Shown here: positions 9,858-19,798 of the stretch, in pieces
Layout of the letters: each line of letters opens with the position of its first letter
Numbering within the stretch: the stretch's first letter is position 1
NCBI GenBank assembly: GCA_963842525.1
Contig: CAWJGT010000008.1
Location: 1-64,000, forward strand
Direction of reading: 5' to 3'
Length of the DNA stretch: 64,000 bases
DNA from: an uncultured Holophagales bacterium
GTDB taxonomy: Bacteria > Acidobacteriota > Thermoanaerobaculia > Multivoradales > UBA5704
The notes under the pieces: model-generated
Told to the model about the DNA's origin: nothing
Databases searched by the model: none
What the model saw: only the letters and a program-made list of their open reading frames with translations
Program-made: the position numbers and the translations under genes

Positions 9858-10067
9858 GCCTCCTTCGCCCGTCCCGCAGGGGACGCCGTACGTCCCGGCA
9901 GCTCTTGGGCGCCCATCTTGCATAGAAATCCGACCAGAACTTCGTAGATCCACCCCCCCGGGGGTGGATTCGCTGCTTCAGGACCAGATCCGCGACCGAG
10001 AGCCCACAGCTCGCTGTGGACGCAGGCTCGTCGTACGGGAGCGGACTCAAGAAAGAGGATTTGGCCG

Positions 10068-10820
10068 ATGAAGCATCGCGCTTTCCGGTTGCCGTTCGCC
10101 CTGCTGTCCACTGGATTCTTCCTGGCAATTTCCTTCCATCCCCTGCCCTCCGACCCGTCGATCACCGATCTTTCCGAGCTGCCCAGGCCGACGGACGCGG
10201 CGCTCCTCCAGGAGCTGGCGGACTGGGTGGTCACCCGGCCTCCCGAAGGGCTCCGCGCGCTGACGCCGGGCGACCTCGATGCCGCTCTGGCACCCGGGCC
10301 GCGCCAGCTCTCGCTCTTTCCCGAGATCGGGCCGGAGGAGCAGCGCCGCTTCCTGCGCGACCTCCCCTTCGGCACCGCCATGGCCACGATGGCCGAGCGT
10401 CATCGCGTCAACGGGCTGCTCCTCGCCGCCATCGTGGAGATCGAGTCCCGGTTCCGTCCCCAGGCGGTATCGCCCCGCGGCGCGGTCGGCCTCATGCAGG
10501 TCCTCCCCTCGACCGCCGAGGCCTACGGCGCGAGCGACCTCTTCGACCCGTACGTCAATCTGGATGTGGGGAGCCGGCATCTGCGGCGCTTGCTCGACGA
10601 CTACGATGGGGATCTGGAGCGCGCGCTGGCGGCCTACAACGCCGGCGCTGCGGCGGTGGAGCGCTACGACGGCGTGCCGCCGTACCGCGAGACGCGCGAT
10701 TACGTCAAGCGGGTGCTCGCCCGCTATGAACGGCACCGGCAGCGTGTCTGGGAATCGGGGGAGTCAGTCGGCGGGAAACCGGAGCTGAGCGCGCCATTCG
10801 GGCACATCGCAGCGCCGTAG
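10068..10820 (+). CDS. Lytic transglycosylase (SLT domain)
   Basis: IESRF, SPRGAVGLMQV, ALAAYNAG and ETRDYV. Confidence 0.92.
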   Translation: MKHRAFRLPFALLSTGFFLAISFHPLPSDPSITDLSELPRPTDAALLQELADWVVTRPPEGLRALTPGDLDAALAPGPRQLSLFPEIGPEEQRRFLRDLPFGTAMATMAERHRVNGLLLAAIVEIESRFRPQAVSPRGAVGLMQVLPSTAEAYGASDLFDPYVNLDVGSRHLRRLLDDYDGDLERALAAYNAGAAAVERYDGVPPYRETRDYVKRVLARYERHRQRVWESGESVGGKPELSAPFGHIAAP

Positions 10821-10854
10821 CGGCGGTGTTTGCCGTGCCGTCCGTCCGCGGGAG

Positions 10855-11037
10855 CTAGCTGTTCCGCGGTTCGTTGCGCTCTTCCAGCCGCTCCGAGTCG
10901 TCCCCCTTGAGGCCCTTCTTGAAATTGCGGATCCCCTCGCCAATCCCCTTGCCGATCTGGGGGATGCGGCTGGCGCCGAACAACACGACCACGATGAGGA
11001 AGATGACGATCAGCTCTGTTGCACCGAGATTAGGCAT
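10855..11037 (-). CDS. tatA: Twin-arginine translocase subunit TatA/E
   Basis: G..E-TM helix-LFG..RIP..G.G.G.GIRNFKKG. Confidence 0.93.
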   Translation of the reverse strand: MPNLGATELIVIFLIVVVLFGASRIPQIGKGIGEGIRNFKKGLKGDDSERLEERNEPRNS

Positions 11038-11067
11038 GGTCAGACCCTCGGTATGCAGTGTAGCAGA

Positions 11068-12054
11068 TCAGAGGTTGACAGGAGGGAGGACCGGGGCCCA
11101 GGCCCGGCCGAGCTCCTCCGCGACAGGCTCCCCCTCCGGGATGCGGGAGAGGTGGTGCAGGCAGCGGGAAAGGGTCGGCGGGATCAGCGGCAGGTGCCGG
11201 TCCGCGCCGCGCAGCGAGAACGACGTATAGGTCCCGATCGCTTTCAAGGTGCGCTGCGCCGCCGCCCGGTGGTAGCGGGTGCGGTCGGCGCCGCTGGCGG
11301 CGAGGAGCGACTCCTCGACCTCGGGCGGTGGGAACAGGGTGTCGTTGAGCAGCGAGGCGAGGTCGTATTCCGCGGGTCCGAGCCGCAGGTCCTGATGGTC
11401 GAGCACGGCAAGGTCGTCCGGTCCGATCGGGATGAGGTTGCGGCTCATGTAGTCGCGATGGCACGGCGCCAGGGGCTGGCCGGCCAGCCCCTCGCAGACG
11501 GTATCGAGCGCTGCACGCAGGGCCGCGGTCAGGTCCGGGCTGCCGGTGAGCCCGCGCGGCTCCAGGAAGAGGTCCCAGGTCTGCTGCAGCTCGCGGCGCA
11601 ACAGCTCGCCGTCGAGCGGCGGGTTGATCCCGGCGATCTCCGCGGCGGGGAGGCCGGCGATGCGCTGGAGCCAACACCGCGCCTGCTCGAACCAGAGGCT
11701 CAGCTCGCTCCAGGGCCGCTCCTTGTAGTCGGCGAGCGTCTGCGGACCGAGGTCTTCGAGGAGCATCCAGCCTGCGCTGCACGCCGCGGCGAGGACGCGC
11801 GGCACCCGCACGCCGGCCCCTTCGAGCAGCCCGGTCGTGCGCAGGAAGCGCCGGCAGGTCCCTCGCAGGTCCTCCGGGTAGGTGGCGAGGATGGCCGCCC
11901 TGCCGGAGCTATCGTCTTCGAGCCAGACCCGGAAATAGCGGCGCGGCGAGACGTCGCCGGTGAGCGGCTCGATGGCGCGCGCCGGGTAGCCGAGCCGAGC
12001 GAGCCACGCCTCCAGATCGCGCGGCGGCGGCTCGGTCCTCGGGGGCTGCGTCAT
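11068..12054 (-). CDS. Aminoglycoside-phosphotransferase-fold kinase (AmgK-like)
   Basis: GDVSPRRYFR, LLEDLG, HRDYMSRNL, LDHQD and YDLASLL. Confidence 0.8.
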   Translation of the reverse strand: MTQPPRTEPPPRDLEAWLARLGYPARAIEPLTGDVSPRRYFRVWLEDDSSGRAAILATYPEDLRGTCRRFLRTTGLLEGAGVRVPRVLAAACSAGWMLLEDLGPQTLADYKERPWSELSLWFEQARCWLQRIAGLPAAEIAGINPPLDGELLRRELQQTWDLFLEPRGLTGSPDLTAALRAALDTVCEGLAGQPLAPCHRDYMSRNLIPIGPDDLAVLDHQDLRLGPAEYDLASLLNDTLFPPPEVEESLLAASGADRTRYHRAAAQRTLKAIGTYTSFSLRGADRHLPLIPPTLSRCLHHLSRIPEGEPVAEELGRAWAPVLPPVNL

Positions 12055-12151
12055 GGGCGGTCCGTCCTCCGGCAAAGACCCAATAGGATAAGGCCAAAAA
12101 CCCCAGTTGGGAATGGGGTTCGCGGGCGTTCTGTTGCAGCCGGCGAACGGT

Positions 12152-12180
12152 TTGACACCTTGACGGACGCGGGCGATAAT
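12152..12180 (+). promoter_or_regulatory. Sigma70-type promoter
   Basis: TTGACA, 17 bp, GATAAT. Confidence 0.7.
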
Positions 12181-12208
12181 CCCGCGCATCGGCCCAGAGG
12201 CCGGGAGG

Positions 12209-12523
12209 TTGGATCTGGACGAGAAGCTCCATCAGATGCTTCGCGATTTGCGGCGCGCCCTCTCCGAGGCGATCTCGGATTCGACCGAGGTGAGCCGCAC
12301 CTTGCGGAAGATCCGCGAAGAGGGCTACTCCCTCTATCTGCTGGTGGACTGTAAACGGGAGGCGAACGTCGATGACGCGCTCTCCCTCACGCCGGCGCCG
12401 CGGTTCTCGTCCGAGCGCGATCCGGCGTTCCAGATCAACGGCAACGACCTCTCGTTCCTGCGCTCCATCGGGATCGATCCCACGCGCCGGCTGCGCCGGC
12501 GGCGCCGTGTCCTCGAAGACTGA
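12209..12523 (+). CDS. Hypothetical protein, 104 aa
   Basis: RBS GGAGG, coding-like composition, D..FL.S.GI C-terminal motif; overlaps the rlmN start. Confidence 0.7.
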   Translation: MDLDEKLHQMLRDLRRALSEAISDSTEVSRTLRKIREEGYSLYLLVDCKREANVDDALSLTPAPRFSSERDPAFQINGNDLSFLRSIGIDPTRRLRRRRRVLED

Positions 12524-13607
12524 CCTCTCGCTTCCACTGCCGCTGCCAGACCTGCTCGGCCTGTCACGGGAGTGCCTCGCCGAGGTGCTTGCGCCGGTGA
12601 TCGACCGCCCCTTCCGGGTAGAGCAGATCTACCAGGCGCTCCACCACCGAGGCGTCTCCGGCTTCGCGGAGATGACCGATCTCTCCAAAGACCTGCGGGC
12701 GCGTCTGGCGGACCAGTTCCGGATCGGGCTGCCGGAGATCGCCGAACGGCGTCTGGCCGCGGACGGCACCTGCAAGTACCTCTTCCGCCTGCACGACGGA
12801 GCCACCATCGAGGCGGTGGACATCCCGGAGCGCGACCGCCGCACCTTCTGCATCTCGAGCCAGGCCGGCTGCGCCCTCGCCTGCTCGTTCTGTGTCACCG
12901 GCTATTGGGGCGCGGGGCGGAACCTCACGGCCGGCGAGATCGTCGGCCAGGTGCTGGCCATCCGCGCCGACCGCGGCCTTGAGATGGAAGGCCTCAACCT
13001 CGTCTTCATGGGCATGGGAGAGCCGCTGCTGAACCTGGACGCCGTCAAGAGCGCGCTCGACATCCTGATGGAATGGATCTCGCCGCACCGGATCACCGTC
13101 TCGACAGTGGGTATCCTGCCGACGTTGGAAGAAATGGCGCGCTGGGAGCGCCGGCCCAATCTGGCGATCTCGCTCCACGCGCCCGACGAGGCGGCCCGCT
13201 CCGCCATCATGCCGGTCAACCGCACCTATCCGCTCGCGGACCTGATGGCGGCCCTGCGCCGCTATCCGCTCGAAAAGGGGCGGAAGATCACCTTCGAGTA
13301 CGTCCTGATCCGCGACCTCAACGACACGCCGGCGGACGCGGACCGGCTCGTCCGCCTGCTGTCGGGCCTGCGCGCCAAGGTCAACCTGATCCCGATCAAC
13401 CCCGACCCGGTCCTCGGCGACCGCATGGTGCCGCCGGACGACAAGACCATCGCGCGGTTCCAGGACCGCCTGCGCCAGAAGGGGCTGATCGCCACAGTCC
13501 GCCGCCGCCGCGGCGATGAGGTCAGCGGGGCCTGCGGGCAGTTGCGGGCGTTCGGGCGGGATCCGCGGGGGGTGGCGGCGCGGCAGGGCGCCTCTACCGC
13601 CAGATGA
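12507..13607 (+). CDS. rlmN: Dual-specificity 23S rRNA/tRNA m2A methyltransferase RlmN
   Basis: CISSQAGCALACSFC radical SAM motif, VFMGMGEPL and ACGQL. Confidence 0.95.
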   Translation: MSSKTDLSLPLPLPDLLGLSRECLAEVLAPVIDRPFRVEQIYQALHHRGVSGFAEMTDLSKDLRARLADQFRIGLPEIAERRLAADGTCKYLFRLHDGATIEAVDIPERDRRTFCISSQAGCALACSFCVTGYWGAGRNLTAGEIVGQVLAIRADRGLEMEGLNLVFMGMGEPLLNLDAVKSALDILMEWISPHRITVSTVGILPTLEEMARWERRPNLAISLHAPDEAARSAIMPVNRTYPLADLMAALRRYPLEKGRKITFEYVLIRDLNDTPADADRLVRLLSGLRAKVNLIPINPDPVLGDRMVPPDDKTIARFQDRLRQKGLIATVRRRRGDEVSGACGQLRAFGRDPRGVAARQGASTAR

Positions 13608-14265
13608 ACCCCATGTTCCGCCCCGCCCTCTTCCCCTCCCGCCGGTAGCTCCAGAGGCGCTCCTCGTCGCAGCGGGTGCAGCCTTGCACGGTGACCACCT
13701 CGCCCACGCCAGCCTTCTCAAGCTGCAGCCGGACCGCCAGTTGGAGATCGAGGTGGGGGCGGCCGGCGGGGCCGGGGACCACCACTTCGGGACCGCTCGC
13801 CTCCGCGATCTGGGACGCCACGTCGTCGCCGACCTCGTAGCAGCAGGGGCCGATCGATGGGCCGATCCAGGCGGTCCAGTCCGCGAGTGGCCCCGCGAGT
13901 TGCTGGAGCGTGGCGGGAACCACTCCGCCGGCAATGCCGCGCCAGCCGGCGTGGATGGCGGCGAGGCCTCCAGGGCCGGCGAGGAGGATGGGGACGCAGT
14001 CCGCGGTGATCACCGAGAGCGCGAGGCCGGATTGATCTGTAAAGAGGCCGTCACCCTCGCCGCAGGCGCCCGGCTGGGCCGGCAGGGCCAGGGCTGAATG
14101 GATCTGGCGTGCCCAGGCCACCGGCGGCGGAGATGGCTCGATCCGCGCCAGGGTCTCGGCTCGCAATCCGTCCGGGCCGCCTCTGCCCGTGAAGCGCACC
14201 TCCACCGGTCCGCCACGGTCCTTCCAGGTCCAGACACCGTTCGCTAGTTCAGGCCCTTCGATCAC
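13594..14265 (-). CDS. pgeF: YfiH/PgeF family protein
   Basis: QIHS, TADCVPILL, HAGWRG, GPSIGPCCYEV and SYRR. Confidence 0.9.
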   Translation of the reverse strand: MIEGPELANGVWTWKDRGGPVEVRFTGRGGPDGLRAETLARIEPSPPPVAWARQIHSALALPAQPGACGEGDGLFTDQSGLALSVITADCVPILLAGPGGLAAIHAGWRGIAGGVVPATLQQLAGPLADWTAWIGPSIGPCCYEVGDDVASQIAEASGPEVVVPGPAGRPHLDLQLAVRLQLEKAGVGEVVTVQGCTRCDEERLWSYRREGKRAGRNMGFIWR

Positions 14266-14885
14266 CGCGCCTCCCGGCGGGCTTTGATCAGCGGCTCGAT
14301 CTCGTCCGCGATCGCTTCGGCGAGGACCACCTGACCCTGTGCGTTGGGATGGATCGGATCGCTCTTGAGCGACGGGTCGAGCAGGATGTCGCCGAGGGCG
14401 TCGTCGACGACCGGGACGTTGTGCTCGTCGGCCAGCTTCGTGTAGATCTCGGCGTAGCGGCCGGCGAAGGGTATCTCGACCTCCACCAGCATCGGCACCA
14501 CGTTGGCGGCGAGCAGGCGCTGGAGGATCGAGCGCAACGCCGCCTCGGTCCGCTCGGGCGGCACGCGGTTCAGGATGTCGTTGCCGCCCAACTCGACGAC
14601 GACCAGCCAGGGATCGGCGGCGAGGGCCGCGTCGACGCGGGCCAGGCCGTCCTCGGCGGTGTCGCCGGGGACCCCCTGGTTGATCACCTCGGCGCCGAGC
14701 TTCGCGGCGAGGATCTCGGGGAACGCAGCACCCGGGGAGGCGCCGTAGCCGGAGGCGATCGAGTCCCCCAGGACGACGATGGTGCGGCCCGGGGAGCGCA
14801 GGTTGGGGACGTCCGGACCGCCGCAGGCGCCGAACGAGCAGAGCAGGAGGATGAAAACGGTCTTTCTCACCGGCGCATTATCCAT
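14262..14885 (-). CDS. SGNH/GDSL arylesterase lipoprotein (TesA-like)
   Basis: GDSI, NQGVPGDT, ELGGND and DPIHPN. Confidence 0.9.
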   Translation of the reverse strand: MDNAPVRKTVFILLLCSFGACGGPDVPNLRSPGRTIVVLGDSIASGYGASPGAAFPEILAAKLGAEVINQGVPGDTAEDGLARVDAALAADPWLVVVELGGNDILNRVPPERTEAALRSILQRLLAANVVPMLVEVEIPFAGRYAEIYTKLADEHNVPVVDDALGDILLDPSLKSDPIHPNAQGQVVLAEAIADEIEPLIKARREAR

Positions 14886-14918
14886 GCATCGCGGGTCTTC
14901 CTGGTAGGCTCCCGCGCC

Positions 14919-17018
14919 ATGCGCAAGGCCGATCTCGGGCGTTGGCTCGGCATCCTTTCGGCTGCGGTCCTCGCCGTCGATGCCGGGCTGTCTCCCGCGA
15001 GCCGGACGTGGCAGGCGATGGCCTGCATGGCCCTCCTGGCCGCTCTCGGGCTTGCCGGATGGAGGCTTGCCGCTCTGCTCCTGCCGGGAGAGAGCCTCCT
15101 GTCCCGCGTCACCGCGGCGTTCTCTCTCGCGATGGCGGTGGGAACGGTGGGCGCCACCGTGCTCGGGCACCTGGGTTGGCTGACGCCGCGCCTGTTCGAG
15201 CTGCTCGCCGGCTGCGGGGCCGCTCTCAGCCTGCTGGCGCCACGGCCGGAAACGTCGCCGGGCGAGGTGACCCGATGGCGTCCCGCGATCCTCCCTCTGC
15301 TGTCCCTGATCCTGCTGGCGGCCTTCACGTTGAGCCAGATGGTGGCCTATGGTGACAGCCCCCCGGGCACCTTGAGCTACGACGATCTTTCGTACCATCT
15401 GCCGGCCGTCGCCACCTGGCTGCACAATCACGACCTGCGGATGATGAAGCCCTCGTTCGGCGACCAGGGCACCACCTTCTATCCCATCGGCAGCGAGCTG
15501 TGGAGCTGGATCCTCGTCGCGCCGTTCCGCGACAGCGACGTCTTCGCGCGCTGGTCGCAGCTCCCCTTCGCCCTCTTCAGCCTGGTCGCCGTGGCGGCGG
15601 TGGCCCGCCGGCTGGGCCTCTCCGGGCCAACCACCACGCTGGCCGTCGTCTTCTACTGGAGCCTTCCGCGCACCGTCGAGCTGGGATTGACGGCGGGTAG
15701 CGACCACTCGCTGGCCTTCTTCATGATCGCCGGCGTCGACGCGGCGCTGCTCCTCGCCCGGCGCCAGGACTGGCGCCGGGCCGTCTATGCCGGCGTGGTG
15801 CTCGGGCTCCTCCTGAGCACGAAATACATCGCGGTCCTGTTCGCGCCTCTCCTCGTCCTCGTCTGGCTCGCCGCGCGCCGGGACGCGCGCCAGGAAGCTC
15901 AGTCTCTGGGATTGGCGGCTGTCGTGAGCTTGGTGCTCGTGGTTGCGGCAATCACCGGCGGCTATACCTATCTACGGTCGGCGGTGGTTACGGGGAACCC
16001 GCTCTTTCCGGCTCCGGTCGAGCTGTTCGGCCAGCGGCTCCTTCCCGGGTGGCCGGAGGCGAGCCCTTCGGCCCGCAGGGCGGGGGAGAGCGGCAGCGAT
16101 CTGCTGCCGCTGCTTTGGGATCGCACCGACCTGCTGGGTCCCCTGTTCCGCTTCACCGTGCTCCCGGGAGCCCTGGCAGCGGCCGTCCTCGCGCTCCGGA
16201 GATGGCGGGCTCCGGGCGGGCGCTCGGCCCTGGCGGTCGCGCTCCTCCCTTTCGGCATCCTCGCCGCGTTCGCCTATCTCCACGATCATCGCGACGTGCG
16301 CTACATCTTCGCCGCTCTCGCTCTGGCGGGAGTCGCGATCGGCCGAGCGCTGGAGCAGATCCGGCCGGCGCTTCGCACACGTTTCGCTGATCTCCTGAGC
16401 CTCGCGTTCGCGGCTTCCGCGGTCGCCATGGCGGCTCAGCCATGGACGGCGGCTCTCGCGGTGCTCGTCATTGTCCTGGTGGCCGTCTGGCTGCTCCGGG
16501 TGGAAGACCACCGCCGGGCCGGCTGGCTGGCGGTGGCGGCCTCCATTCCGGTCGCGTTCGGGCTGGGCGCCTTGATCCCCGGCTATGAGAGCCGGCGTCT
16601 GGAGGCTTCGCCGCCGGCGGCGTTTCTGGAGCTGGCCACGGCCGGCGGGCCCGCGGTCATCGCGTACTCGGGCGGCAACCTGCCCTACTTCTTCTTCGGC
16701 CGCAGGCTGCAGAACCGCGTGGAGATCGTGCCGACGCGAGGCCCGGTCGAGGACCGCACTTTCGACTGGCGGGGGAGCCCGCGGTTCCCCTACCAGGCCG
16801 GCCGCTTCACCGCCTGGCGGCGCAACCTCTGCCAGCTCGGCGTGGATTTCGTCGTCTTCGAGCAGGCCTGGAAACCCGGGGTCGAGCTGCGCTGGATGGC
16901 GGCGCATCCGGACCTCTTCCGGCCGCTCTTCCAGGCGGGCCGTTTCGGCATGTGGAGCCTGGAGAGCGGCGCCTGCGGGCCCGGCGGAGCTGACGGAACC
17001 GGGGCTGCGGTAGACTAG
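14919..17018 (+). CDS. Multi-pass membrane protein, GT-C (ArnT/PMT-like) glycosyltransferase
   Basis: Many TM helices; YDDLSYHLP, YP..SE and TGNPLFP motifs. Confidence 0.65.
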   Translation: MRKADLGRWLGILSAAVLAVDAGLSPASRTWQAMACMALLAALGLAGWRLAALLLPGESLLSRVTAAFSLAMAVGTVGATVLGHLGWLTPRLFELLAGCGAALSLLAPRPETSPGEVTRWRPAILPLLSLILLAAFTLSQMVAYGDSPPGTLSYDDLSYHLPAVATWLHNHDLRMMKPSFGDQGTTFYPIGSELWSWILVAPFRDSDVFARWSQLPFALFSLVAVAAVARRLGLSGPTTTLAVVFYWSLPRTVELGLTAGSDHSLAFFMIAGVDAALLLARRQDWRRAVYAGVVLGLLLSTKYIAVLFAPLLVLVWLAARRDARQEAQSLGLAAVVSLVLVVAAITGGYTYLRSAVVTGNPLFPAPVELFGQRLLPGWPEASPSARRAGESGSDLLPLLWDRTDLLGPLFRFTVLPGALAAAVLALRRWRAPGGRSALAVALLPFGILAAFAYLHDHRDVRYIFAALALAGVAIGRALEQIRPALRTRFADLLSLAFAASAVAMAAQPWTAALAVLVIVLVAVWLLRVEDHRRAGWLAVAASIPVAFGLGALIPGYESRRLEASPPAAFLELATAGGPAVIAYSGGNLPYFFFGRRLQNRVEIVPTRGPVEDRTFDWRGSPRFPYQAGRFTAWRRNLCQLGVDFVVFEQAWKPGVELRWMAAHPDLFRPLFQAGRFGMWSLESGACGPGGADGTGAAVD

Positions 17019-17026
17019 CGCCCGCA

Positions 17027-18511
17027 ATGGCGCATGAAGCGTACGAAGCGTACGAGGCGGTCATCGGGCTGGAAGTCCACGTCCAGCTCCTGACCGAGAG
17101 CAAGATGTTCTGCCGCTGCCCGAACCGGTTCGGCGCCGCGCCCAACACCCTGGTCTGCCCGGTCTGCCTCGGCTATCCCGGGACCCTCCCGGTGGCCAAC
17201 CGGCGCGCGGTGGAACTGGCGGTCAAGCTCGCCCTCGCGGTCGGGGCCAGGGTCCACGAACAGTCGGTCTTCGCCCGCAAGAACTACTTCTACCCGGACC
17301 TGCCGAAGGGCTACCAGATCAGCCAGTTCGACCGCCCGCTGGCCGAGGACGGGCTGCTGCCGCTCACCCTCCACGACAAGGGGGTGCGGATCGAGCGTCT
17401 CCATCTGGAAGAGGACGCGGGCAAGCTGCTGCACGAGGCGCCGGGCGGCGGGGCGCTGCCGGGCCAGAGCCTGGTGGACTTCAACCGCTGCGGCGTGCCG
17501 CTGGTCGAGATCGTCTCGCGGCCGGACATGTCCACCGCGGCCGAGGCGCAGGACTACCTGCAGACCCTCCACCAGGTCCTGCTCTACACCGCCACCAGCG
17601 ACGGCAACATGGAGGAGGGGAGCCTGCGCTGCGACGCCAACGTCTCGGTGCGCAAGCGCGGGGAGACCCGCCTGGGCACCAAGGCCGAGGTCAAGAACGT
17701 CAACTCGTTTCGCAACATCGCCCGCGCCATCGAATATGAAATCGAGCGGCAGATCGGCATCCTGGAGGCGGGTGGCCGGGTGGTGCAGGAGACGCGCAGC
17801 TACGATGCCGACGCCGGCGTGACCCTACTCCTGCGCACCAAGGAGGAGGCGCACGACTACCGCTATTTCCCGGACCCCGACCTGCCGCCGCTGGTGGTCG
17901 CCGCGGAGCGCGTCGAGGCGGTCCGCCGCGAGCTGCCCGAGCTGCCCTGGCAGCGGCGTTCCCGCTTCGCCGAGCAGTACGGGATCCCGGCCGCCGATGC
18001 CCAGGTGCTGACCGGGGCGCGCGACCTCGCCGACTACTTCGAGGCGGTGGCCGCGGCGCATCCGGCGAACGTCAAGGCGGCGGCCAACTGGGTCATGGGC
18101 GAGGTCCTGCGTGAGCTCAAGGAGCGCAAGGCCCGCGTCGAGAGCATCGAGAGCGCTCTCGATCCGGCCCGGCTGGCCGCGTTGCTGGCGCTGGTCGACG
18201 CCGGCAGCATCTCGCACACCGCCGGCAAGCAGGTCTTCATCGCCATCTGGGAATCGGGCGAAGCGCCCGCGGCGGCGGTGGAGCGCCTCGGCCTCGGCCA
18301 GGTGAGCGACACGTCGCAGATCGAGGCCTGGATCGAGGAGGTGCTGCGGGACAACCCGTCGCAGGTGACGCAGTACCGGGCGGGCAAGGCCCAGCTCCTC
18401 GGCTTTCTGGTGGGCCAGGTCATGAAGCGTTCCGGCGGGCGTGCCGATCCGAAATCGTTGCAGCAGCTCCTGCGCCAGGCCCTCGAGCGCGAGCCGGCAG
18501 CGAGCACGTGA
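17027..18511 (+). CDS. gatB: Asp/Glu-tRNA amidotransferase subunit B
   Basis: VIGLEVHVQL, RKNYFYPDLPKGYQISQ, LRCDANVS and YRYFPDPDL. Confidence 0.97.
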   Translation: MAHEAYEAYEAVIGLEVHVQLLTESKMFCRCPNRFGAAPNTLVCPVCLGYPGTLPVANRRAVELAVKLALAVGARVHEQSVFARKNYFYPDLPKGYQISQFDRPLAEDGLLPLTLHDKGVRIERLHLEEDAGKLLHEAPGGGALPGQSLVDFNRCGVPLVEIVSRPDMSTAAEAQDYLQTLHQVLLYTATSDGNMEEGSLRCDANVSVRKRGETRLGTKAEVKNVNSFRNIARAIEYEIERQIGILEAGGRVVQETRSYDADAGVTLLLRTKEEAHDYRYFPDPDLPPLVVAAERVEAVRRELPELPWQRRSRFAEQYGIPAADAQVLTGARDLADYFEAVAAAHPANVKAAANWVMGEVLRELKERKARVESIESALDPARLAALLALVDAGSISHTAGKQVFIAIWESGEAPAAAVERLGLGQVSDTSQIEAWIEEVLRDNPSQVTQYRAGKAQLLGFLVGQVMKRSGGRADPKSLQQLLRQALEREPAAST

Positions 18512-19034
18512 CCTCACCCCCTAGCCCTCTCTCCCATCGCCCTCCCCCCGGCCGGGAGAGGGGGGACGTAGCTGGAGCCTGGAGGCGAGGTCGGGGCTTT
18601 CTCAAGAGAGAGTCTCTGCTCTACTACATCCGAGAATCCTCGTGCGGCGCGCAAATTTCTTCTCCACCGGCCCAACGGGCCGGGAGAACGGAGTCCAGGG
18701 CTGAGGTCGGAGGCCGATGCCCTGGGCAGAGAGGTGATCAAACCCCGCGGCCTGAAAGGCCCGCGAGAGTGGCTGCCGGAGTCGTCTCAGCCCAGAGGTC
18801 TCGCGGCCTTTCAGGCCGCCTGAACGTGGGCCCTGTGACCCAGGGCATCGGCCTTCGGCCTCAGCCCTGGGCTGGAGTCTCCCGGCCCGTTGGGCCGGCC
18901 TGGAAGAGTTGGGTTGCGGGCAAGCGCGAGCCCGCGCTGAGAAGAAACTGCCAGCTATCCCCTCAGAGCAGGAACCACGTTCCCCCTCTCCCGGAGGAAG
19001 GGAGGGCGATGGGAGAGGGGGCCAGGGGGTGAGG
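18512..19034. repeat. Inverted pair of REP-like elements (family A) filling the gatB-ftsE spacer
   Basis: Left arm cctcaccccctagccctctctcccatcgccctccc...gggagaggggg (18512-18565); right arm is its approximate reverse complement (18982-19034). Confidence 0.85.
18667..18898. repeat. Nested multi-arm palindrome (family B, MITE/REP-like)
   Basis: Paired arms: ccggcccaacgggccgggaga / tctcccggcccgttgggccgg; ccagggctgagg..ggccgatgccctggg / cccagggcatcggcc..cctcagccctgg; cggcctgaaaggcc / ggcctttcaggccg. Confidence 0.85.
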
Positions 19035-19036
19035 TT

Positions 19037-19798
19037 CTGATCCAGTTCTTCCAGGTCACGAAGCGGTACCCGGGCGGACAGACGGCGCTCGACCGGGTGA
19101 GCTTCGAGATCGCGCGCGGCCAGTTCGTCTTCCTGACCGGCCCGAGCGGTGCCGGCAAGACCTCGCTGCTGCGCCTGATCTTCCGCGAGGACGTCCCCAC
19201 CGACGGCCAGATCCTGGTCAACGGCCGCAATGTTTCCTCGATCCCGCCGAGCAAGATCCCTTATCTGCGCCGCACCATCGGCGTGGTCTTCCAGGACTTC
19301 CGGCTGATCGCCCGCAAAACCGTCTTCGAGAACGTCTCCTACCTGCCGCAGATCCTCGGCGTCGGCCTCACGGCCCGGAAGAAAATGGCCTACCACGCGC
19401 TGCGCCGGGTGGGTCTTGCCCACCGGCTGAACGCTTTCCCGCCGGAGCTCTCGGGCGGCGAGCAGCAGCGCGTCGCCATCGCGCGGGCGTTGATCAACGA
19501 GCCCGACATCCTGATCGCCGACGAGCCCACCGGCAACCTGGACCCGGACCTCTCCTGGGAGATCCTCCGCCTCTTCCTGGAGGTCAATCTGCGCGGCACC
19601 ACCGTCCTGCTCGCCACGCACGACCGCGACATGATCCAGCGGGTCGGCCGCCGCGTCCTCACCCTGGAAGCCGGACGGCTCGCTTCCGACCAGGAGCTCG
19701 TGGGGAACGATCCGCCCCGGCTCGACGTCGTGCCTGAAGAGGCGCACGAAGGAGCCGAGCAGGACCAGACCGGACGGCCGGATGAGGCGCCGGCGTGA
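19037..19798 (+). CDS. ftsE: Cell division ATP-binding protein FtsE
   Basis: [27 protein letters not shown] and ADEPTGNLD; conserved N-terminus extends to a CTG at 19037. Confidence 0.93.
   Translation: MIQFFQVTKRYPGGQTALDRVSFEIARGQFVFLTGPSGAGKTSLLRLIFREDVPTDGQILVNGRNVSSIPPSKIPYLRRTIGVVFQDFRLIARKTVFENVSYLPQILGVGLTARKKMAYHALRRVGLAHRLNAFPPELSGGEQQRVAIARALINEPDILIADEPTGNLDPDLSWEILRLFLEVNLRGTTVLLATHDRDMIQRVGRRVLTLEAGRLASDQELVGNDPPRLDVVPEEAHEGAEQDQTGRPDEAPA

Noticed and set aside
9940-10060. c-di-AMP (ydaO) riboswitch upstream of the transglycosylase
   Set aside because: Only a GGGGTGGAT resemblance; the other conserved ydaO segments are not visible.
18508-19032. 174-aa ORF between gatB and ftsE
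   Set aside because: Composed almost entirely of palindromic repeat sequence.
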